A stretch of DNA of 64,000 nt. Source: an uncultured SAR86 cluster bacterium (GTDB taxonomy: Bacteria > Pseudomonadota > Gammaproteobacteria > Magnimaribacterales > D2472). Below, in pieces: positions 58,359-64,000 of the stretch (position 1 is its first letter; each line of letters opens with the position of its first letter). The notes below the pieces were generated by a model. That model was not told the origin of the DNA and ran no database searches. It worked only from the letters and a program-made list of their open reading frames with translations. The stretch lies in assembly GCA_902627055.1 (NCBI GenBank), contig CACOHS010000002.1, positions 4,380 to 68,379 on the forward strand, given 5' to 3'. A program made the translations under genes and the position numbers.

Positions 58359-60068
58359 TCAAAAATTTGCGCCAGTTATATCTTTTGCAGCTAGGTATCC
58401 AAATGTCATTGCAGGTCCTAAAGTTGAGCCTGGACCAGGATAAGTTGGCAACAATGCCGTAGAACAATTACCGCAAGCGTATAGTCCAGGTATAACATTG
58501 CCTTGTTTGTTCAATACTCTTGCATGAGTATCTATAACTAAGCCTCCAGCAGTCCCCATCTCTCCGGGATATAAAACCATACTATAAAAAGGGCCTTTTT
58601 CAAGCGGTGCTAGACATGGATTTGGAGTAACAGATGGGTCACCATAATATCTATCATAAGCTGTATCACCCCTCTGTAAATCTAAATCCTTTCCGGATTT
58701 TGCATATTCATTAACTTTAATTTGAGTTGCTAAAAGGCCATCTTTATCAATTCCGGCAACTTCTGCAAGCTCCTCAAGCGTTTCACCTTTTGATAGAAAT
58801 GATGGAGTCCACCACTCTTTTGGTACGGCAGAATCAGGTTGCATAGAAGCTTGAAGAAGAGGACCGCAAGGACGATTTTTTCTAAAGGTACTATCAAAAA
58901 TCATATAACATGGTGCACATGGATTGCCCTCAGCATACTTATCAAACATATCATTGACAAAACTAACGTAATTCTGTGATTCATTTGAAAATCTTTCACC
59001 ATTTTTATTAACTGTAAAGTTGCCTGGCATGGATTTATCTACCATAGATAGCCAGCCCTTATCTTGTCCTGGTACCTTCATAACTGTTGACCACCAGCCA
59101 GTATCCATTTGATGAGTATCAGCTCCTAATCTTAAAGCTGCTTTCAAAGCATCTCCTGTATTATAGGTGTTTGCGGCACTCCACTCAGCTTTAGAGGGTT
59201 TAGGTAAATATTGATCTCTTAGCTCTTGATCTTTTTCAAAACCACCTGAAGCCAAAATTACACCCTTAGAGGCTTTGATGTTAATTTCAGAATTATTTCT
59301 TAAGGCTTTGATACCAATAACTGATCCATTCTCGTCAATTAAGTCTGTCATAGCGGTTTCAGTCCAAATATCTACATTTCTATCTCTTAAAGACAAGACT
59401 AATCTAGCAACTCCAGCATTGCCCATTGTTAATCTTCTATCTTTCCAGCCCCACTTAAGCCTCATAGGCAAATCTAATATGTATTTGGTAAATAGTTTTG
59501 CAAAAAGTGTTTTCCATCCTGGAAGGGCTCCCAAAAGCAATTGGCCCTCTACTTGAGTAAAATTCATATTAATTGGCCCCATAGTAAAAGCAGTTTGTGG
59601 ATGTTGTTCTCTTAACTTACCTAGATCATTTCCTAATTGAGTTCCATTGATGGGCTCAGGCTCCATAGACCTATTACCTTCTTTGCCACCAGGATTGTCA
59701 GGAAAGTAATCTGGATAGTGAGCAAGATTTCTGTACTTAACCTGGGAGTTCTCGTGAAGATAGTCAATCATCTTAGGTCCTTCAGAAATATATGTTTCTA
59801 TCAGTTCATCTTTAATCTTGCCTTCAGGTGAGACACTATTTATGTAATCACGAGCATCTTGATCTGAATCGTCGACATTCTCAGCTTTGGCATATCTATT
59901 ATTTGGAATCCAAACTCCGCCACCAGAGGTAGCAGATGTACCTCCGTATTGATCACTTTTTTCAATTACTAGTGTTTTTGCACCACCATCATGACTACAC
60001 AAAGCTGAAGTTAAAGCTCCATTTCCTGATCCAACTACAACAACATCAAATTCATAATCCCATTTCAT
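58359..60068 (-). CDS. FAD-dependent oxidoreductase, 3-ketosteroid-delta1-dehydrogenase / fumarate-reductase-flavoprotein-like
   Basis: FDVVVVGSGNGALTSA...EKSDQYGGTSATSGGGVWIPNN N-terminus, GLYACGN near the C-terminus, 569 aa. Confidence 0.8.
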   Translation of the reverse strand: MKWDYEFDVVVVGSGNGALTSALCSHDGGAKTLVIEKSDQYGGTSATSGGGVWIPNNRYAKAENVDDSDQDARDYINSVSPEGKIKDELIETYISEGPKMIDYLHENSQVKYRNLAHYPDYFPDNPGGKEGNRSMEPEPINGTQLGNDLGKLREQHPQTAFTMGPINMNFTQVEGQLLLGALPGWKTLFAKLFTKYILDLPMRLKWGWKDRRLTMGNAGVARLVLSLRDRNVDIWTETAMTDLIDENGSVIGIKALRNNSEINIKASKGVILASGGFEKDQELRDQYLPKPSKAEWSAANTYNTGDALKAALRLGADTHQMDTGWWSTVMKVPGQDKGWLSMVDKSMPGNFTVNKNGERFSNESQNYVSFVNDMFDKYAEGNPCAPCYMIFDSTFRKNRPCGPLLQASMQPDSAVPKEWWTPSFLSKGETLEELAEVAGIDKDGLLATQIKVNEYAKSGKDLDLQRGDTAYDRYYGDPSVTPNPCLAPLEKGPFYSMVLYPGEMGTAGGLVIDTHARVLNKQGNVIPGLYACGNCSTALLPTYPGPGSTLGPAMTFGYLAAKDITGANF

Positions 60069-60218
60069 AATAACTCTTATTTTTAATTATAGATTGTAAC
60101 TAATTCGTTATAAGTAATATTATATTTTAAAAAAATCTTATAAGAAATTTAAGCATTAAATGGTCACAATTTTTTTATAAATGTCTATAATTTAAACTAA
60201 ATAACACTATTGAACAAA

Positions 60219-61349
60219 ATGAAAACTGATATATGTAAAAAACTCGGTATTGAATATCCGATCTTCGCATTTACACATTGTAGAGACGTTGTTGTTGCTG
60301 TAAGCAAAGCTGGCGGTATTGGCGTTCTTGGTGCAGTTGGCTACTCTCCAGAACAATTAAAAGAGGAGCTTGATTGGATTGATGAGAACATAGGTGATTA
60401 CCCATATGGAGTAGATACTGTGATACCTCAAAAGTACGAAGGCATGGATGAAAAAGATCCTGAACAATTGTTAGAGTCTTTACAAAAAATGATACCAGAT
60501 GCCCATCGAGAATTCGTTGATAATTTATTATCAGAAAATGGAGTGCCTGAGGCTCCGGAAACAAATGGTCCTAAAGGCGGATTGCTTGGTTGGACAGAAG
60601 CAACTGCTGAACCTCAAATTGAGGAAGCTTTAAAACATCCTAACGTTAAACTAATTGCAAATGCGCTTGGAACACCTCCCCAAGATATGATAAAAAAAAT
60701 TCAAGATAAAGGTGTCTTGATTGGAGCTTTGTGTGGAAAAATTAAACAAGCAGTTGCTCACAAAGAAGCAGGACTAGATTTCATTATTGCTCAAGGCGGT
60801 GAAGGTGGTGGTCATACTGGTGAAATTGGCAGCATTGTATTATGGCCTCAAATTATTGATGCTGTTGGAGAATTGCCAGTGCTAGCTGCAGGAGGAATTG
60901 GTAATGGAAGACAAATGGCAGCAGCAATGTCCATGGGTGCTCAAGGCGTTTGGTGTGGCTCATTGTGGCTTGCTGTAGAGGAAGCTGCGGCCCAGCCTGC
61001 AGAAAAAGATTCATACTTGAATGCATCAAGCGAAGATACTATTCGAAGCAAAGCTTGGACAGGGAAGCCAGCTAGGATGTTAAAAAATAAGTGGACAGAG
61101 GCTTGGGAAAATCCTGATAACCCAGACCCTCTTCCAATGCCTTTACAAGGAATGATAACTTTTGATGCGATGCGAAGAACATCTATGTATGCTGGATCAG
61201 GAAATACTCAAGATGTCTCCTTCAATGCTGCTGGACAAGTCATTGGTCAAGTTAATCAAATAGAATCAGTTAAAGATGTGGTTTACAGAATTATTAATGA
61301 GTATCTTGATTCTTTGGATCGATTAAATTCTCTTTTGCCAAAAGATTAA
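60219..61349 (+). CDS. nitronate monooxygenase (NMO / 2-nitropropane dioxygenase-like) family flavoprotein
   Basis: YPIFAFTH, IAQGGEGGGHTG and AAGGIGNG blocks. I prefer the ATG at 60219 over the listed TTG at 60210. Confidence 0.8.
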   Translation: MKTDICKKLGIEYPIFAFTHCRDVVVAVSKAGGIGVLGAVGYSPEQLKEELDWIDENIGDYPYGVDTVIPQKYEGMDEKDPEQLLESLQKMIPDAHREFVDNLLSENGVPEAPETNGPKGGLLGWTEATAEPQIEEALKHPNVKLIANALGTPPQDMIKKIQDKGVLIGALCGKIKQAVAHKEAGLDFIIAQGGEGGGHTGEIGSIVLWPQIIDAVGELPVLAAGGIGNGRQMAAAMSMGAQGVWCGSLWLAVEEAAAQPAEKDSYLNASSEDTIRSKAWTGKPARMLKNKWTEAWENPDNPDPLPMPLQGMITFDAMRRTSMYAGSGNTQDVSFNAAGQVIGQVNQIESVKDVVYRIINEYLDSLDRLNSLLPKD

Positions 61350-61358
61350 TTTTTTTAA

Positions 61359-61541
61359 ATGTTAGAAGATCTTCTTTTTGATTTGAAGAACTTTTTTTTT
61401 AGCCTAGGAATAATATCTGTCGCAATTATTGGGTTACTAATTTTGCCAAAGAAAGCATCTCTTTGGTTAGGTAAATTCCCAATAGCACTTTTTATTATGT
61501 TTGCGCTTATTCTATTTTCGGTAATTCAGGTATTTAATTAG
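61359..61541 (+). CDS. possible small two-helix membrane protein (60 aa)
   Basis: It has two hydrophobic segments and starts 10 nt after the NMO stop. No recognisable homology. It overlaps the 3' end of the convergent M20 gene by 8 nt. Confidence 0.35.
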   Translation: MLEDLLFDLKNFFFSLGIISVAIIGLLILPKKASLWLGKFPIALFIMFALILFSVIQVFN

Positions 61542-62832
61542 AATTAAACTGGCCTGAAAAGTCTTCAACAAGATTAACAAATGCTTTAACTCCATTAGTT
61601 AAGGCAGAATCATCAACATAAAAGTATGGAGAATGATTCGTTGGACTATCTTCAACTCCTGGTGCATTCACACCTAAGAAGAAAAATAAACCTGGAACTT
61701 GTTGAGCGTAGAAAGAAAAATCTTCGGCTCCAGTCCTTGGCACTCTAGCTTGGTAAAAATCTCCATTTGCTGCTTCCATCAAAGATGAAGAAAAATCTCT
61801 AACAAGACTCTCATCATTAACTGTTACCGGATATCCTCCATAAACCCTAAATTCTACCTCAGCAGAAGCATGGTGTGCCTCTGCTACCTTTTCAGAAATA
61901 AGCTTTATTTCATCTCTAATTTGATCTGTATATGAATCTTTAAATGTTCTGATAGTTCCTTCTAACATAGCAGTTGAGGGAATGATGTTATTTCTTGTTC
62001 CTGCTTTCATAATTCCAACTGTTACAACAGCCTGACTATCTAAAAGATTTAACCTTCTGCTTACAATTGTTTGCAATGTTGTAGCAATATCTGATGCGGC
62101 GATGATTGGATCAACGCCACTCCATGGACGCGAACCATGCGTTTGCTTGCCTTGAACTTTAATTCTAAATGCTTCTGCTGAAGCCATAATTGGACCAGGC
62201 TTTGTCCAAATTTGACCATTTTTAAAATTAGCTACATGCATTCCAAAAATAGCATCTGGTTTTTCAGCCTCGAAAAGTCCTTGTTTTAACATCAATTCGG
62301 CTCCACCTTCCTCTCCCTCGGGAGCACCCTCTTCTGCAGGTTGAAATATTAATAAAATATCGCCATTTAATTTGTCAGTATTTTGAGACAGAAAACTTGC
62401 AACCCCAAGTAAAACTGCAATATGAGCGTCATGTCCACATGCATGCATAACTCCTACTTCATTACCTTGATAAGTTGTTTTTGCTTTTGATGAGAATGGT
62501 AAATTAAGCTTCTCTGTAACTGGCAATCCGTCTATATCAGCTCTTAATGCAATTAATGGTCCGGCATTTTGACCTCTTATAAATGCAGTGACTCCAGTAA
62601 TCCCGTAGTTAAGATTGGGCTCTAATCCCATTTCAATTAATGCCTCGGCAATTGATTCTTGCGTTTTATATTCCCTATTTGAAAGCTCAGGGAATTCATG
62701 GAAATGATGCCTCCAATCAGTCACTTTGGTCATAACACCAGGAATATCAATGGCTAACTGATTTCTTAGATCTTTTGCAGATATACTCTCAAAGGCCATC
62801 AAAAGAATTAAGGATAAAAATAATTTTTTCAT
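61534..62832 (-). CDS. secreted M20D-family amidohydrolase (hippurate hydrolase / aminoacylase-like)
   Basis: Signal peptide, MHACGHDAH, FQPAEEG and HSPYF blocks. Confidence 0.85.
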   Translation of the reverse strand: MKKLFLSLILLMAFESISAKDLRNQLAIDIPGVMTKVTDWRHHFHEFPELSNREYKTQESIAEALIEMGLEPNLNYGITGVTAFIRGQNAGPLIALRADIDGLPVTEKLNLPFSSKAKTTYQGNEVGVMHACGHDAHIAVLLGVASFLSQNTDKLNGDILLIFQPAEEGAPEGEEGGAELMLKQGLFEAEKPDAIFGMHVANFKNGQIWTKPGPIMASAEAFRIKVQGKQTHGSRPWSGVDPIIAASDIATTLQTIVSRRLNLLDSQAVVTVGIMKAGTRNNIIPSTAMLEGTIRTFKDSYTDQIRDEIKLISEKVAEAHHASAEVEFRVYGGYPVTVNDESLVRDFSSSLMEAANGDFYQARVPRTGAEDFSFYAQQVPGLFFFLGVNAPGVEDSPTNHSPYFYVDDSALTNGVKAFVNLVEDFSGQFNSN

Positions 62833-62835
62833 AGC

Positions 62836-63714
62836 TTAGCTTTTTTTAAAAATATTAAGAAAAATTGCGGGAGTAGAGTCCATATAGTCCTTAAAGTCTG
62901 GTCGTCTATTTAATGATCTTTTATCCATCATTGAAACTGAAGCAATTGCTATCAGAGCGTACATCACAATACAGCCAATCAAAAGCCATGCAAATGAAAT
63001 ACTTGAAGCTATTGAAAATACAAATAAGCTAAACCAGAAAAGTATTTCACCAAAATAATTGGGATGTCTTGAATAAAACCATAATCCTGTCTGCATAGTT
63101 TTTGATTCGTTTATGTTATTTCTAAAGTTATACATCTGTTGATCAGAAATAATTTGTATTATCACCGCAATGACAGATAACAAGGCAGCAACTGCATCAA
63201 GAATATTTAATGCATTACCAGGGTAAGCAAGAGCAAATATCATCGGTAGTAACGCTAAATATACACATATTGTAGGTATCAGATGGATGGATCCAAAATC
63301 GACAATAAAATACTCAAACTTATTTTTAGTTTTTGCTTTCATCATGACATAACGCCAATCTTCATGTGAAAAGCCATCCCAAGATCTCATCCAATTATAG
63401 GTAAGACGAATAGCCCAAAAAAGCAAGCATGCGTGCATCAACAGAGCTCTCTGAGTATTACCTGCAGCAGCAACATCCGACCAGCACATTACAGCTAGAA
63501 CAACTGGAATAACTGACCAAAAAGCGTCATACCAACTTGAATTGTTAAATATTATGCTGAGCAAATAAATGAAGATCGTGGCTTCAACATGACATATAAA
63601 TACTTTAAGAGGTAATGAGAAATTAGATGTAAGCTCCCAAGTAAGCAGCATTGAATATATGCAAGCTATGTATCCAATTGTTATCACGGATAGATGTAAT
63701 AGTTTTGTCTTCAT
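62836..63714 (-). CDS. DUF1295 / steroid-5-alpha-reductase-like membrane protein
   Basis: Polytopic membrane protein with the GLWFYSRHPNYFGE block typical of DUF1295 / ICMT-like reductase folds. Confidence 0.75.
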   Translation of the reverse strand: MKTKLLHLSVITIGYIACIYSMLLTWELTSNFSLPLKVFICHVEATIFIYLLSIIFNNSSWYDAFWSVIPVVLAVMCWSDVAAAGNTQRALLMHACLLFWAIRLTYNWMRSWDGFSHEDWRYVMMKAKTKNKFEYFIVDFGSIHLIPTICVYLALLPMIFALAYPGNALNILDAVAALLSVIAVIIQIISDQQMYNFRNNINESKTMQTGLWFYSRHPNYFGEILFWFSLFVFSIASSISFAWLLIGCIVMYALIAIASVSMMDKRSLNRRPDFKDYMDSTPAIFLNIFKKS

Positions 63715-64000
63715 AGTGAATTGTTTATTTTTTTTGGTTGATGATAATCATTATTTATAGGAAGCAAAGGGATTGATTGGAATTCCACTAAATCTTTAAT
63801 TCTGTTAGGTAATGAATGATATAAAGTATTACGTTGAACTAAATTAAGATCTAGTTCATCAGTAATTTTAAGAACATCTTCTAAAAATAACTCTTGACCA
63901 AATGCTGCGCCGGCAGACCTAGTTATCGATTCATTCATAAGCACTCCTCCAATATCATTAATTCCTGCAGATAAAAGGAATTTTAACCCTGGAAGACCCA
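63711..64000 (-). CDS. radical-SAM FO synthase (CofH / FbiC C-terminal-like), 3' part only; the gene continues beyond the window
   Basis: The frame is open to the window edge. It translates ...GLPGLKFLLSAGINDIGGVLMNESITRSAGAAFGQE...VQRNTLY, resembling the GANDxGGTLMEExISRxAG...QRxTxY C-terminus of CofH/FbiC. ATGA overlap with the DUF1295 start. Confidence 0.55.
   Translation of the reverse strand, partial: GLPGLKFLLSAGINDIGGVLMNESITRSAGAAFGQELFLEDVLKITDELDLNLVQRNTLYHSLPNRIKDLVEFQSIPLLPINNDYHQPKKINNSL

Noticed and set aside
1-64000. I searched by eye for rRNA, tRNA, tmRNA, CRISPR arrays, transposases, integrases, phage genes, toxin-antitoxin pairs and known defence-system genes.
   Set aside because: Apart from the 264-nt rne leader, which lacks a tRNA-like sequence, no intergenic gap exceeds about 140 nt. 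I saw no direct-repeat/spacer periodicity and no recombinase-like or nuclease/ATPase defence-like ORFs. The window looks like core chromosome plus metabolic accessory genes.

Overview
This is a very AT-rich (about one-third G+C by eye), extremely gene-dense chromosomal segment with about 70 CDS. Most intergenic gaps are under 100 nt, many genes overlap by 1-11 nt, and several convergent pairs share or abut stop codons. Gene order is clearly gammaproteobacterial: rne<>rluC-rpmF-fabDG-acpP-fabF-mltG-tmk-holB, clpS-clpA/infA, purB-mnmA and mrp<>metG. Several genes that E. coli carries at these loci are absent, which fits a streamlined marine planktonic gammaproteobacterium (SAR86-like is only a guess). 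Core content, in order: nqrB(partial)CDEF-apbE plus an unlisted 58-aa nqrM, isocitrate lyase, purB, mnmA, icd, clpSA and infA. These are followed by a his operon led by a TrpR/YerC-like gene, in which hisD is fused in frame to the IGP-dehydratase domain of hisB and hisC is absent, then the fab/tmk/holB block. After that come rne (short, lacking the Zn-link cysteines), nudC, nhaB, dusA, mlaA, an Mrp/ApbC homolog with a broken CxxC, metG (no canonical start upstream of its conserved N-terminus), FNR, Leu/Val dehydrogenase, rnt, a bacterioferritin-like gene, grxD and pdxJ. There are three accessory-looking regions. (1) 13.4-17.1 kb holds DUF1330, an HLD-II and an HLD-I haloalkane-dehalogenase homolog, and a membrane-anchored unknown. 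(2) 20.0-25.9 kb holds a minus-strand string of three signal-peptide proteins (TPR/His-rich lipoprotein, cyclase-family protein with a degenerate metal motif, COG1237-type MBL hydrolase), then DUF4212 and a Na+/solute symporter, behind a perfect 7-1-7 Fur-box-like palindrome. (3) 56.7-64.0 kb holds a KstD-like flavoprotein, an SDR, two NTF2/SnoaL-like proteins, a divergent nitronate-monooxygenase-like gene, an M20D amidohydrolase, and DUF1295 coupled to a partial FO-synthase (CofH-like) gene. I saw no rRNA, tRNA, CRISPR array, transposase, integrase or recognisable defence genes. Only one convincing intrinsic terminator is present. All calls rest on reading the translations and sequence by eye; no database searches were run.
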